Shown: positions 24,901 through 39,900 of the stretch, one piece after another
Position numbering within the stretch: position 1 is the stretch's first letter
How the letters are laid out: every line of letters starts with the position of its first letter
Origin: an uncultured Planctomycetales bacterium
GTDB lineage: Bacteria > Omnitrophota > Gorgyraeia > Gygaellales > Profunditerraquicolaceae
Assembly (NCBI GenBank): GCA_964545575.1
Contig: CAZJFL010000001.1
Span: 153,896 to 217,895, forward strand
Direction of reading: 5' to 3'
DNA length: 64,000 bases
Notes under the pieces: model-generated
The model's database searches: none
What the model was told of the DNA's origin: nothing
The model's input: the letters and a program-made list of their open reading frames with translations, nothing else
Position numbers and translations under genes: made by a program

Positions 24901-27900
24901 TCCCGTCCTTCGTGCGGCCCGGCGGCAAATTTTAGGAACTACCTCTGCCAGATATTTATAAATACCTTCCAATTCCAGGCGTAGCTGCAGAATTCTTATT
25001 TCTAGCCTTTGCACCAACATCTGCCTTAGGCTCAAATCTTGACGCGTCTGCAGCACTAGCCCCAGCCCCAACCTCGTAGAATAATGCACCGGAAGAGCTG
25101 GCTCATAAGAAATATTGCGCTTAGTCGGCTTGATATCTGGCTTGATATAGCGATCCCCGAAGGCTGGAATTGGCAGAACGGTGGCTTCTTCTTTCTGCTT
25201 TTGCCAAAAGAGACCCCCTGCTTCAAGCAAATTCTTTAATTCCGCGTAGATATATTCTAATGCTGATTGGACTTCTTTTGCCTCCCAGTCAAACTCTCTA
25301 CCGGGCATGATACGCGCTGCAGCCGGTATCCCCAATATCTGCTTAATTTTCAAAAGTATATTGTGGGCTTTCCGATTAGTAAAACCATGTTCATGTAAAT
25401 CTGCCTCAAAAGCAATTATTCCTTGAAGCAGAGAGCTGAATAACTCTCTGGCTAAACGCTTTAGTTTCTCTTCTTCGCTTAACTGGACAGCGCCTTCTTT
25501 TTTATCTTCCGGTAGAGCAGGACGGTTAAGGCAAAAGCGTTTTCGCCCCACAGGCAAATTCTTTAATTCGGCAATAAGATAGCTTAAGATTCTTACTATC
25601 TGCGGCGAATCCCATTGAATAACCAACCTGGTAAAATGAACTCCAGAATTCAAGCCTAAGCCTTGATGGATTTCTTTACAGATACGCTTTATCTCAGCGG
25701 AGTTAAAACCGAGCCGTTGTAAAGCAAGCTCAAGGCCGATACGTCCGCTTTCGGGTAAGGGCTTTAATAACCTTATGGCGATACGCTTTAAGCCTGCTTC
25801 CTCTGTATCACTTACATCCTTTATGCTGCATCCGGCAGGGACATTCTGGAGGGTAAATAACCAACGGGGTAGGATTTGTTCGATAAGCGTAGCGATGGTT
25901 TCGGCGATAGGTGGGCCCTGGGCGCTGCGCAGGCAGGCCAAGAGATAATCGCGCGCTAACATTACCCCTTCTAATAGCCGCGGCAGGATCGGGCCAAAGG
26001 CGCCAAGGATACTGGTGATAGTGGTGATGATAGTGGTGATGGTTGCCGCGCTTAATCCTAAACCAAACGGCCAGAAAACGTCCCCTTTTGCCTGCTCAGG
26101 GGTATTTTTATCCGGTAAAGGTTGCTCTCTACTTTGGGCAGAGTACCCATCCGCTCCCGCTAATCGTCCCAACATAGTCATTTTCAGGCCGGTAGCAATT
26201 TTACCCAATAAACCGGGGACATAAAGATAAGCTTCGATAATACTGCTAAAGCCGGCTTTTTGCGCTAAGTGGTTTAAGAAATATAAATTCTTCAGTAAGA
26301 GGGTGATCTGAAGCGGGATAAATACGCCGTGCTTTTTTAGGCAAACCACTACTTCGGATAAACTCTGTCCGGAAGCCAAGCTCTCCAGCCTATTTTGTTG
26401 AGCAGCATTATCCATTAACTGCTTTACTTCCTGCGCAATCGCTTGCCGCTGGCTGCTTAACGGTTGATTTTCGGCTAAGCCAAAAAGGTAATCCAGGAGC
26501 TGATTGATTTTAGCGCCGGCGCCGGATAATTTTGCCAGGCCGCGCATTAATTCTCTTTCCTGCGCGCCTAATTCGAGGTAGAAGTTGCGGTCCAAAATGG
26601 CTACCCGGCCGTCAGGGGTAATGCGGAAGTTGCCTTCATGGGTATCGGAATGCACCAAGCCCAACCCATCGCCCAGCTGTTCTAAGTAATTCCGGATAAT
26701 CAAACTGACTATCTGCCGGTAATCTTCCTGCGCCACCACTCCTTGGGTTAAATCCGTGCTCTCCCCGATCTTAAGCTGCGTAAGATTGACCCCCTCGATA
26801 TATTCTTCGCGCTTGAGGTAACGGTAGTTAGGCTCAAAACTCTGCGGTACATAAATCGAGAGTCGGAAACCCTTTGGCCGCCAGCCATTATATCTTTCTC
26901 TAAAGCGGCGGTCATTTTCTAAGAAGCGGGTATCATTGATATCGCTGATTAACCAGCGCTCCAAATCCGGCAGCACGCTATCCCGCAACATAACATAGAT
27001 TTTATTTTCCGGCTCCTGCTCGATGAGTAAATCTAAAGTCTTTTTAAGCAAGGCCGCCATTTCTCTGATCCGCGCTTCGGCATTGGGGTTTAAAACTTTG
27101 AGGATATACTTTCTGCCGCTCTTTTCTTCTACCAGATAAACACTCACCAATGACCCGCCTCCGATACGCTCTACTAACCGGTCTTCGGGGCCTAAAAGCC
27201 CGGGCGCTTCCCTCTTAATGGTCTCATGGGCGGAAAGTTTAGACTGGCCGTGGATATCGTCATAAACCCGGGAAAATTCTTCCTGAACCGCTGGCGGTAT
27301 ATCTATATACTGACCTAAAACCTGCAGGCAACGCACGCCGAGGGCGCCAAAATGCTCGGCAACCCGGATAATTGCCGTCGGCCCGGAGAGTTTCTGCGTT
27401 TGTGGCGGATGGCGGCATTCCTCGGGAAGCTCGACAAAAATAGCCTGTTCTGCCGAAAGTAATTTTTCTACCTGACCAAGAGCAGAAAAAGCATAGCGGC
27501 TGGCTTTAGCCACCAGGCAGTCACCCTGAGTTTCATATTCTCTGCCATCCTTACCGGCACAGGGGCAGTGTAATCTAGCATCCCAAACCCCTTCATAGCG
27601 CACCTCTCCGTGTATATCACGCGTATTCTCTAAGAAATCCCGTACAAGCTCGGCAAAATCGTTCACCCTATTTTCCGGACGCCCAAAGATAGCCTTGACT
27701 AAAATCGGCGCTAAAAGAAAATAAAGGTCTTCTTTAGAGGAAACGCTGATAAAGGCCTTGACTATCCGCTCAACTGCCGCTTCATGCGCCTCGGATACTT
27801 CTACCTGATGCTCGATAAACTGAGCGGCCAGCTCTTCTACTTGCCCGGGATGATTAAGGATTCCGTTGGCGGGATCGGTTAAGGCCTTACGCAGCAGCAT

Positions 27901-30900
27901 CTGGCGCTCTAAAACATCGCTGTCATAGAGCCGCTCGATGAGCTCGCTGACGGATAAAAGATTGATCAGCTGGGCCTGGGTTTTATTTGCCTTTTTGACA
28001 TGTCTGTCCTCGTCATCGTCAGACATATTCCTCAATAAGTCATCAGCGGGAAATTTTTCTTCTGTCCAATGTAGGATATCTTCTGGCTTATCAAAATAAT
28101 CTAAGCCCGTCGGCTCCAGCGACTCTCTTAATATTCCGCTGTCTACCGTCCTGAGCCACCATTCCCACAAGCCAAAACGTAACAGTTCGTATTCGTCATT
28201 ACTGCTGCTTAAAGCAGCCAGCAGGAATTCCTGATTGTGCTGGAAACAGAATTTAATAAAGGCGTCGATAAATACGCCCCAGCTGGCTTTCTCTTCTGCG
28301 GCCTGGCTGCGGTATAAAGCCAGGAATTTCTCCCTTATTCTCTCTAGCTCCACCGGCGTCTGGGCAATTTTTTCTATGAATACTTCCATGCTGTTTCCTA
28401 ATCTGGCGCCTTGGCCTTCTTCCTCCTCCTGGCCAAAAACAATCTCCCAAGCAGCATTAAAATCAGCTCCTTTCAATAAAGCGCCCCGCGCATAATCTGC
28501 TACCTTTCTTTTGATATCCGGGTCAGAGAACAAGCAGGTTAAAAGCAGGAAGCGCTTAAGATTACCTTTTACCTGCGGATACATCCCGGAGATGACTTCC
28601 TCTGTCTCATCAATAAGGCTTCTTTGTTCAAGGGCATTAAGTAAATCCGGCGCAGTAATTAAAGCAAAGATATTTATGACGCATAATCTATTTATCCGCT
28701 CCAGGAATAACCAGGACTCTTCGGCTTTACCCGCTTTTAATAACTTAGCCAGGATGCGCACCGCGTCTTTCGTAAGCAAGTATTCAGCTTTGCGATAGGC
28801 TTCCTTGCGGTTACGCCACGGCGCCGTCTTTAAAACATCCTTTTTCTTAAAAACAGGTATCCGTTCCCGGATAAGCTCTAACAGAGAAATATAGCTATGG
28901 GTAAACTCTTTCCTACCGGACAGATTCCAGGAAGTAATGGAAAAATAGAGAATATCGTTAGCGCAATCTATGAGGGTTGCCGGAGGCAAATCATCCTGGG
29001 CCATTACAGCGATGAGTTCACGCAGAAAACTCTCCTCTATGACTATTTGCTCTTTTTCCTGGCCTTTCTTTACTTCCGCCATTTCATTTTTGTCTAACAC
29101 GCGCTGCATTATGTTGTCACAGAGCTTACGGTAACCCTTATCACGGATATCCTGCGGCTGGCCCTTGAATAATGCGTTAAGGTCTTGTATGCGCTGCTGG
29201 CCGGGATAACGGCTAAAATAATTTTTTAACCCTTCCAGAGCGAATTGATGCCAACGCCAGAGCTTGGTCAGCTCTGGATCATCTATCTCTTCTATCTGTT
29301 GAGCGGTTACGCTAGAACGAAACGAGAAATATACCATGTGTTCTATCTGGAATAGATTTTTGTGCCTTTTAATCGCCGGGCTATCCAGATAACTCGGGAT
29401 ACCTGACCCGCCAGAGAGAATCAGCAACAAAGCCAAGTGGGCCAAAGAATCATTGTCCGCAGCTTCTAAAATGCCGCTTTCTAAAATAATCCGGCTCCAA
29501 TCTCGTTTGTCGCTTAAAAAATAAGAAAGGTAGAGAGTCGTCTGCCATCTGTTTAAACCCTCCTGCGCTAGATAACCGCAGATATCTTCAAAAGAACTGG
29601 CGTTTGAAAAAAGGGCTAAGCTAAAGAGCAGGCGGCGTAAGTCTTCTATATCAGTTTCTTCGCCCTGAAAGGCCAAGCCTAAATCAGAAAGCCGCTCTGT
29701 CAGCCGTTCAGAAATACGGAAATATTTTGCACTGTCAAAATTACCGCTTTCAGCATCAATAAATAGTTCCGGCTCGCGGACGCAATAAGTGATAAAATCT
29801 ACAATTTTAAACCCCCATCCGTATTCCGGGCTGCTAAAAAACTGAATCCCTAACTTGCGGAAATATTCCGGATCTAATAAATTAAGGAAACCTTCCAGCT
29901 CGTTATCTCCTAAGAGATACATAAAGAACTCCTGGGCCAGGAATTTACCGTTTTGGCTGCGGAAGTCCAGTATGTTGCATAATCTCTCTTTCTCCTCGCT
30001 GTCATCACGGCCGATAATTTCTTCGCGAAAGAGCTCAACATCCATGGCAAAATAGAGAACTACCACCATAAATGCCCGGCGCTCCTGTTCCGATAAATGC
30101 GGTAGCTTCTTGGCGATTGCCTGCAATAACTTATCCACTATCAGTCTTGCCGCAGGAAAACCATTTTTATCTATTTGATAGAGCGGAAACTCAGTGCCGA
30201 TTTTATATTTTGGATAAGGGCTTAAGCCCAAGTCAGCCAGCTTGATGCCGCCCTTTGCGGATTCTTTTTTAGTCACTAAATGATCGCAAAGGTCAACCGC
30301 CACATTGAAGTAACTGGCGGCTAACGCCCTCTGCAGAATAACCAAGTCAGTGGTATTTCCTGCTAACATTCCCTGCACTAAATCTTCTATATCTCCTTCC
30401 TGTCCCTCTTGGATTTTTTTCAGGCGTTGCTTTAAAGAGTACTCTTCTTCCTTGACTTCTGTCAGTTCCTGCGCCACCTGCTTTTGCCACTGGGGGTTAA
30501 CCGGCGTCTGTAACCGCTGCATACCTTTGATATCCAAAATAAAAGCCAAAGAAAGAATATTTAACCTTCGGTCTTCCAGCCCGCCGTGTACCGCGTCCCA
30601 ATCCTGGCCCTGCTGAGCGTATTCCTTAAGATTCTGAAAGAAAGTTGCTCCGGCCAAAGGATAATATCCGGCCTCACCAAGCATGTTTACTACCGGCGCT
30701 AAGTCAGCCTCGTATTCTTTTAAACGATCTGCGCCCAGGTAAGTCGTCAACCCGGAAAGGCTTCCCTTTGCCTTCCTTAGATTATCCAGCGAGTGGCCGC
30801 TGTAGATATGTTGCAGTTCGTGGGCAAGGAAGACCGCGGCTTCGTCTTCGGTCTTTAAGTAGGTGAGTAATTTCAGGCTGGCGATAATACTGCCGTCCGG

Positions 30901-33900
30901 CAGGCCCAAGCCGATTAAATGCTGGGTCTCTTGCAGGACATAAAGATGAGGGTTAATGCCGGGCGCGGGTTTTCTTACCGCAAGCAGTTTGGCTAAAATA
31001 TCATTCAGATAACGCGGGATAAGATGGTCCTCGCTAAAAAATCCGTAACGCGCCTCTAATTCTGCCCGATATCTTTGGGTGGCCATAGTTAAAAGGCGGC
31101 TCTCTTCTGGCATAGGAACCACTGCCCTTGCTCTTAAAAAAGTCTGCTTTTTTACCGGTTTATCAGCTGCTCTTCTAAAACCAAGGAGTTCTTGCCGAAA
31201 TTCCTCATGCTCAATTCTCTCTAATTCTCTCCGAACTTCCTCTTTAACATACTTACGCAGCAACCGTCTGACTGGTCTATCCAGCGAGTTTCCGACTGTT
31301 CTCACATCCATAGCGTCGGTATCCTGGCTTAAGATTTCTTGGACTAAACGGCATCCCGCCTGCAACCTAAGAAATTCTATATCATAATTCCTCTTTCCTT
31401 CTAGGGGAGCAAAGAGATTATAAAAAGTTAGGCTTTGCGTTGCCTTAAAAATTAATGATAATAGCACAGACCCTAAGTCTAATTTCTTTTCCGGTGATGG
31501 ATATTTAAAGGCCTTTGTCATTATGTAAACACTTAATTCGTGACAGAACTTGGCAGGGAAAGTGCCGCCGCAACAGGCTATCTCTATAACCTTATCCCAG
31601 CTCTTTCCAAGAATCCCTTTTAATGGCGCGGAGTCGCCTTGGGTAAGAAAGATATTTACGGCTTCTTCCGCTCCCGGATACCTATTAATAATCACCTCTA
31701 AAAACTGTCTCTCAAATCCATAAGTCCTAAAAACCCAACTAGCAAATTTTCTGGGATCTTTATCATAAATTCTCTGCTGAAGCCGCTGTAAGCGGGGCAG
31801 GTAGGCAATTATTTCTTCCTCTATACCAGGCTCCCCAAGGCAAATATCGCCCATTATCCGTATGCTTAACTTTTCAGTCATTGCCTCATCTAATATAGAA
31901 AATAAAAATGACACACTACCTTTTATCCTTGCCATGCCTACGGAGAAATAGTTATGGACTAGCTCATGAATCAAGATTTTTAATATGACTAAAAGGCTTT
32001 TAAGTTCGTTGCGTATAAAGATTATACTGGTGCCGTTTTTGCCGTCGGAAATTGGCTTATTTATGCCCCCGGCATCAGGAAGCCTTAGTAATTCCCAAAG
32101 CCATGATGACTTCGGAATAAAGAATATCTTTTCCGAATCAAAATCAATATCGGGATATTTTTTCAGGGCCCTCTGCATAATATCTAAAGCGCGTTTCTGA
32201 GAAGAAGAGAGTTCTTTTTCTACCCCGCCCGGCATTTTTCTTAAGGCCCTGATGAATTCCCCTATTGTTGGCTCTCTCATATGGCTCTTTAATTCTGCGA
32301 TATTTGCTTCTGCCTGCCTTAATTTTTTTCTGCAAGTTTCCAAGTCGTCTTCCTCTATGCTAATTAAAGTCTCCCTTGCGATGCGTGTGCGGGGTGATTT
32401 TTTCAATTTCCTTAAGCGCTTTTTGGATTCTTCGATATCGTATATTTTGTCCTTAATATAATTATCCATCATACCTTCGATAGTGCGTATTCTGGATTTG
32501 GGCTGAACTGGCTCAAGAGCGGATGCGTCCTGTATGCTACATCCTAGAGGGGCATTCTGGAAGGTAAATAACCAACGGGGCAGGATTTTTTCGATTAAAT
32601 CGGCTAAGCGCTCCTTCCACGGCGGGCCGTGGGCGCTGCGCAGGCAGGCCAAGAGATAATCGCGCGCTAACATTACCCCTTCTAATAGCCGCGGCAGGAT
32701 CGGGCCAAAGGCGCCAAGGATACTGGTGATAGTGGTGATGATAGTGGTGATGGTTGCCGCGCTTAATCCTAAACCAAACGGCCAGAAAAGATTACCGGCC
32801 AAAGGCTCGCCTTTCTTCCCTTCGCTTTGGGGCTCTTCCTGTACGAGAGCCTGTTTCAGTTCTCTTTTATACATATCTCGATAACTGCTCAGGCGGCAAA
32901 ACAGCGCTTTATCTGCTTCATCGCCGGTAATGTTATATTTTTTGGCCATACTATGCGTAGCCCTAGACAGGCCTTTCACCAATAATGTTAGAGTAGAGGC
33001 CACCTTATCTTGATCGCGCAGAATTTGATACTTAGCGTAGAACATCTGTTGCACCATTGCCGCATTGAGCGCAGTAACCGCGGCCCTTTCAAAAAGCTCC
33101 GCTACTGTTGCATTTTCATCCGAACACTGCTGGAGAGAACGCGCCTGATGATAAAAGGCATTACTCAGCCACGCATAGGCACGGCTTAGCTCTCGATAGA
33201 GGGTGGTAATTATCTCATTATCTGCCTCCGTGGGTTCCTTGCGGCAGAGGGATAATAAGGCGGTATTTAAACGCACCAGGAGTTCACAGAAAGCAACCGC
33301 TACCGCGTAATCTTGCGGATCAGCATTATTCCAGGCCTGCTTCTCTATTGCTTCTATAATACGTAATAACTGCGTAACAACCGACTCTACAACAGGCAAA
33401 TACTGTTGCGGGTCAATTTCGTAACACTCGGGGAATAAATCAATCATCTGTTCGGCGATGCGCAGTATCTCGGGATATTCTGCGGGGGTAATTTCAGAAG
33501 CCGCCCTCCTCGCCCTGCAGACGATTGCCCAGTGCAAATCACCCAATGCCAGGCTAAGAGTATTCTGCCTGTCCATGTTGAAATAGCTAAGAGGTACGGC
33601 AGATAAGCGCAGACCCCATTCTGCCGACTTTGCGTAAAGCCTGCTTGCTTCAATATACTGGGCGCGGCTTACCGCAAAAGGCCTTTCTTCCCGGCAATGC
33701 GCAGCAAAGTGGCAATCGTTCGCCAACCGGCCTATCGCGCGGGATAAATAAGGAAGAATTCTCAGATGTTCATTAACCCGCACTATAGCCTCGCCTAACT
33801 CTATATCTAAGAGGCAGGCCTCATAGGCCAAATCAAAAGCATCCCGGCATTCCTTAAGCACTTTACGTTCCTCTGGGCTAAAGCCTCGTTTATCCCAATA

Positions 33901-36900
33901 CTTTCCTGTCTCTTCTTTTAATAACTTCTTTAAGAAGTCGGCTTTCTGACACATATATTGCGCAGCCAGATGCAGATAATGCTTTTGTTTGATTAAATGC
34001 ACGATTACCCTCTGGTCATATTCTCCCAGGTATCCTGACTTAATTTTAAATATCCGGCCGTGAAACTCTGAAATGTTCCTGGCAACTTCAAAGATTTCCT
34101 GATAGACCTGCGCTAATTCATATCCATCGTAGCAATATACGGCCCTCCCTAGTAAATATGCCAATGCATTCTTCTGTTCGGCAATGCCTCTGCTGCACAT
34201 CCTAACTTTATACCGGGATACCACGGAGCTGCCTAAGACCCGCCATTGAAAATAGTAATAGTTTGCCTCCCAGTTATCCCTTGCCCACATCGGTAAATCC
34301 CACAAGGTGCTCTCCAGAAGATCGTTGTCGAGTAAGCTATCTAAAAGCTCCAAAGCCGCGCGGCAGATAATCCTCTCTGACAGATCAAGTCCTGATGCTA
34401 AAAGTTTTGGATAAACTTTCCCGGGGCCAAAACAAAAGTAGATAGCGGCGCTATCCAAAAAGCGCAGAATCTCTGCATCCCTGAGCAATCCCTGAGGGGA
34501 ACAGTTTCTTTTCTCAGCCAGCAGATGCGCTAAACGGGCTACTTCTGGCTTGCCGGTTACTTCTGCAATAGGAACGCGTGACTGAAGGAGAGAATTTCTA
34601 TCTGACTTCTGTGTCATGCCGGCGCGTAGTTTCTCCATGGCCTTGCCGACCATTACCGCGGCTGCGCCGAAGAAATCGTAGGCAGTGACGGAAGGTAAGT
34701 TTCTGGGCGTCCCTGGTTCGGATTCCACATATTCGGCGACAAAGGCGTCTTTTTGGTAGCGCCCGCCTATCTCTGCCGGCCATTTCACCATTAACAAGAA
34801 CAAGCTGTCTTTAGTCGGCGCGCAATTGCGCACGGTAAGATAATTCCCCTGCCCTTTGAAGACCAACAGGTCTGCCTCCTGCCAGGCCCGGAAGAATTCA
34901 GGGGATATCCTTTGTAAATCCGTGCCCAGGCCGATGGTACCGGTAGAAACGCAGGGCAGTTTGTCTATACCTAACATTTCTTTAATCGCCGGCTCTTGCA
35001 ATAATTGCTCGATTTCCGTTTTTGTGGCATCATTGTAAGCAGGCAACTCATTAGCCGCCAGAGTAACGCTATGGCCTTGGGCGATTAAATAGTTAATAAA
35101 GACAAAATCCATGACATCCTCTCCGGCATTATCAAAGACGTAAATAATATTTTTCGGCCGGCCCTCTAATTTCTTCCTTAATTGGTCTATATCAAACCTC
35201 TCCCAGAAAATATCCCTCCGGAAGAAATCGCTAATTATATCTTCTAAATAATAATCGCCACCCTTCATGATGCGTTGACACAGCCGAGGATCAGCCATAT
35301 CTATGGCATTGGCAATAGCGGCAATGCGTAACACTGCTTCTAATTTATCCTGTGCGGCCATGGCTAAATCGACAGCCTTAGCCAGCACCGCTAATGCCTT
35401 GATACGCGACCAGCGCTTGATTCCCGCGTCCGGATCAATGTTGCCGAGTACCGAGCGGATAATCTCCAGAGTTACTTCCAAAGCCTCGTAATTAGTCATC
35501 TCTTTAGTTTCCGGCAAACTCAAGAATGCATCTACGGCGGCCTTGGCCTTGATTTTTAAATCTTCGTCTGTGGTTGTCGCCCGGTCAATCAGGGCGAATT
35601 CACTCTCTCTCCTGCGCACAAGCAGATTGGTATCAGGGTCATTTCCGGCGAGATAGTCTCTGATGAACATATCGCCGATGCGGTAGGGCGCGCTGGCTGC
35701 AGCAATCTCCGGCGAAACCGGCGCCAGTCTGCTGCGGTCGAGCTTAGCCAATATTTGCTTTACCAATGCCTCGGCAGAAACCTCTATGGGAACCTGACAG
35801 TGCGGCCAGCGCCTGCCATTATTGTCGTCCTGCTGCGGCCCTTTGGCTTGATTCAGGGCAAGCACAGGGACGACGAATTGGGCGGTGCGGGGACGGATAA
35901 ATTGCAAATACCAGGCCTCGTGCCGCTGGGCGAGGTGGGTGAGGGTAAATTTACTTTCTACAAATTTTCTTCTCTTACGGCCCATCTCCGCTCTTTTGAT
36001 AGGGTCGTCTAAGAGCTCCTCTAACCTGGCCGCAAATCCGTAGATATCGCCTTTCTTCACTAGATATCCGGTTTCACCATGCCGCATCGCCTCAGAAATT
36101 CCTCCCACATTATAGGCGATCACCGGCTTGCCCATTGCCTGGGCTTCTAAAAGAACCCTCGGCAAACCTTCGCTTTCGCTAGGCAAAACTATTACATCGC
36201 TGGCAGCATAATAATCACGTAATTGCTCTTGCGAAAGATCGCCGGTAAAAATAATATCCTGCGGATCTAACCCGGCTTTATTAGCCGCAGTGATTATTTT
36301 TGCCGTGAATTCTGGACCGGACTCAGGGCCGGCAAAGATGAACTTAGCTCTTTGACCGCTATTCCTAAGAATACCGGCAATGCGAATAAGGTCTAAATGC
36401 CCTTTTGCTTCATAAATTCTGGCAGCCAACAGCACTACGGGATGTTTAAAATCCAATACTTTGGCATTCTCCATTTTCCAGTACTCCGTATCAATACCAT
36501 CTAAAAGATTCCTGAACTTACGCTGAACTGACTTAGGAACACCCACGCCCGATACGCCTCCTACGCCATCTACCATATTTGCTAAAGGCTTATTCAAAAA
36601 CTTATTATCGCCATGATATTGGAACAAAATAGGAATATTTTCCTTCCGCGCTTCAGAAGCCAGCGATATCATATTCTTTATGAATAATGCATGAACGGTA
36701 ACTAAATCTACTCCGTATGTCTTAAAAGCTTCCTTAACCTTTTCCGTAATTTTATCCGTATCTAAAGGAGAATCATAAAACTTCCTTATTAGCGGTACCC
36801 CGAGTAGAAAAGTTGCAACTTTAAGATTACTTAGCCAGCGGATGATTACATTTTTTATCCTCAATAGCGTAAGCAATAACTTAATTATATTATAAAGCCG

Positions 36901-39900
36901 TGATTCTATCTTAGCGCTGAGGTCTCTCTTGGCTCTTGGGTGTAAAATGATAGGCATTTTTATCAACTTGCTGCCGTTTTCCATATTTTCAATACTGGTA
37001 GCCGCGACAAGCTGATCTTCTGTCAGGTATATTTGAATAATAGTAAGATTATGATTACGTTCTAATAAAACGCGATTCAAACACTGTAAATAATATTGCA
37101 ATCCTCCGGTTGTATCGTAGGCGTGCGTAATCCTAAGGATAGTCCGGTTGTCAAGGCATCCGGACTCAGTAACGTCCAACGCAGCGGTAGGTATAGTAGC
37201 GGGGCCTCTAATAGCGGGAGCGGGTTCCGAGCTAATCGGAGAGGTGTCCCCTTCGGGGGCGGCGGCGGAATTCTGCGATGGGGAATATGGCGCAAACAGA
37301 TGCGGCAGGAAAAAACTTAAAAGAGCTGCGGTATAGCAGGGAACGGATAACAAAAATGATCCGCCAAGAAAGAGCAAGGCGACGGCAAAACTGATCATCA
37401 ACTTATCTATAGAGAAGGCAAATTGCAGTTTCTTGCGGAAGTTTTGACCGGGCGCGCCGGGAATATGCAAGGGGTGCCAGAGAAGGAATTGGTAAGCGGC
37501 TAAGAAAGCAAACACAAACCAGAAGGGCGGGGCAAGGCTAAATGGCAGACCAAAAGCCAAACTCAATAGCCATGCCCCACCAGCCACAAAGAGAGGAGAA
37601 ATTAATGATTCAAAGATTGCCGGCGCCCACACCCAGCCCACTTTCTCACCATATTTTCCGGCTAACCGCCTATATATCGGCTTCATCCACGGCCACTGCC
37701 CGCCTAAGTGCGTACCGTAATCAACTGCCGGCAGATTCAGGGGAACGGACGCCAAAAACGGCTGTAGAGGAACAGCTGCCTCTTGGTCCTCTGGCCTGCG
37801 GGGGAAAAATTTATCCAGCTCTTCTTGCGCCACCCGCTTGAACTCGGCGTCAAACTTAAGGCGCACTACGTATTCAACCACAAATTCCTGCAGTTGGGAA
37901 TCTTTGCGGAACATCCCCATTAATACCCGCAGGCTATAACCTGCGGGTTCTTCCGGATAATCAAAATAAAAATGCAAAAACTCGGCAATTTCGCAGCGAT
38001 AATATTCAAGATCGTCTCTCTTAGCGCCGCCGGCATCTATAGCTTGGCGCAATGATAACCCGGTCTGCTCAATATAAAAACTCACTAATGCCTCTCTGAT
38101 GCCTGCGGGAACAAACTTCCGCAGAAAGTTGATCGGTTGGTATAACACATGCCCGCGCTTGTTCAAAAAGGCATTTGTTCTGTTATTATCATCGAGCCGG
38201 TAACACATATCACGTATTCCTGTAGCCTTCATATCTACCGGGGCAAGCGGATCACTAAAAAGAGAACCGAGGTCTAAAAGATATAGGTTACCCTGCTTAT
38301 CTATCCCATATTGCTTAAGAAAAGAATCACAACAGAACACTCCCCTGGCCATCATCTGATGTTCTAATTTTATTTTCTTCGCCAGAAGATCTTTGAGCGC
38401 TCTCTCAATTGTCGCCTCATCCTCACTGCGGCATATCTCTAACATAACCTCATTAAGGGGGGCGCGCTCTACCTGAATAATAGCTTTATGGCGGCTAAAC
38501 TTATCTCCTATCGTCAGGGGCACAGCAGGCATGAGGGAAAATTCCGCTGCCAGCCCTCCTAAGCGCTGCGCTGCCAAACTATAGCCGCTTTCTGTCTGCG
38601 GAAGGAACTGCCATCTGTTGTGAGGAATTTTGACTACAAACCCCATTCCGCGGCGGATGACTTTTACTTCAAAGCCCGCGGGATCGACTTCTGCGGAGAC
38701 GAATGCAGTTGAGGCAAGAACTTGCGAAAGTTGCTCTGCGGTTATCCCGCCGACTCGCGTTTCTACCTGTTTCCCCCGGTGGCTTACATTCTTTCTTAAA
38801 ATATAGGTGCTGTGCAGAACGCCGGGTGAATGATCTTTTGGATACATGACGGGTGAAGAATCCAGGACCTCCAAACCACCTCTGAGATCGCCAAATATAG
38901 ATGGTTCTTGTTCATGCTTTTTAGATTCAAAAGAAATATATGTAATTGCGCGAAGCCTGGCTAACTTGAAAAGGGTATCTAAGTGATTATTTATTATCCA
39001 CTGGCTAAATAATTCTTCACTTTCGCAAAATAAAGCGTGCTTTTTAGCTCTCTCGCCATAGGCATTATTCACGGCATATAGATATCTAGTCAGCGGCATC
39101 ATCATCCCGTTCATCATATCTGCAGAAACCACTAAATCCGCCTGTTCTAAACCTAAATCCTTCGCCTCTTTCATCCGAACTTCTCCGTTACCGGATTCCC
39201 TGCTTATATAGTGGCGGTAGAGGCCACTTAATGCTGATAAAAAGCTATCTATTTCTGCCGGCTGTCTTAATCTTCCTGCGGATAATAATTCATGCAATTT
39301 CTTATCAGCTTCTCTGACAATTTCAGCGTTAGCTCCGGAAACATCCTGCCTGACCAAAACCAGTCTTTCCTGCAGGTCCGGACGGTGGGATAACCGCTGA
39401 TAGGCAAAACTCAGCGCCTTGGCGTCTAAATCAACTAAAATCACCTTTTTAAAAGCTGAAGCCAGATCTTCCAGCGGTACATCCAGACAGATATTTGCCC
39501 CCAACACGATAACCGTGCCCTTATTCTCGGTATACTTGATCGCCTGACGGACTTTATTCTGCACACACTGGATGGTTTGGGTAAAAGGAGAGGTTCCGTT
39601 CTGCGATAATATTTTTATTGCCTTGCTAGTATACCATTCAAAAGCTTGCCGATAAGGTTGCGGTAATTCGCCTGTTCTATCATCGACGATCGGTTCTCTA
39701 TTATCAAATATAAATACCTGGCTGAAGTTTGCCGCGAATGTTTCAAAGTCTAATCCCGGTATTGCCAAGGCTTGATGCAGTTCGCCAAGGTCAGGTGGTC
39801 GATTTTTTATGATAAATTCGACCCTGCGCTCCCAAAATTCAGAGTGCTTCCTCGCATAGCGAAGAAGTCGGGAAAACTCCCCTAGCTGCGGTAAGCACCT

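Noticed and set aside
26010-26040. Microsatellite-like stretch ggtgatagtggtgatgatagtggtgatggt, also at 32721-32750
   Set aside because: It is simply the codon series for the Thr/Ile-rich helix TITTIITTIT inside the 158-nt repeat. It is not an independent feature, though it could promote local slippage.
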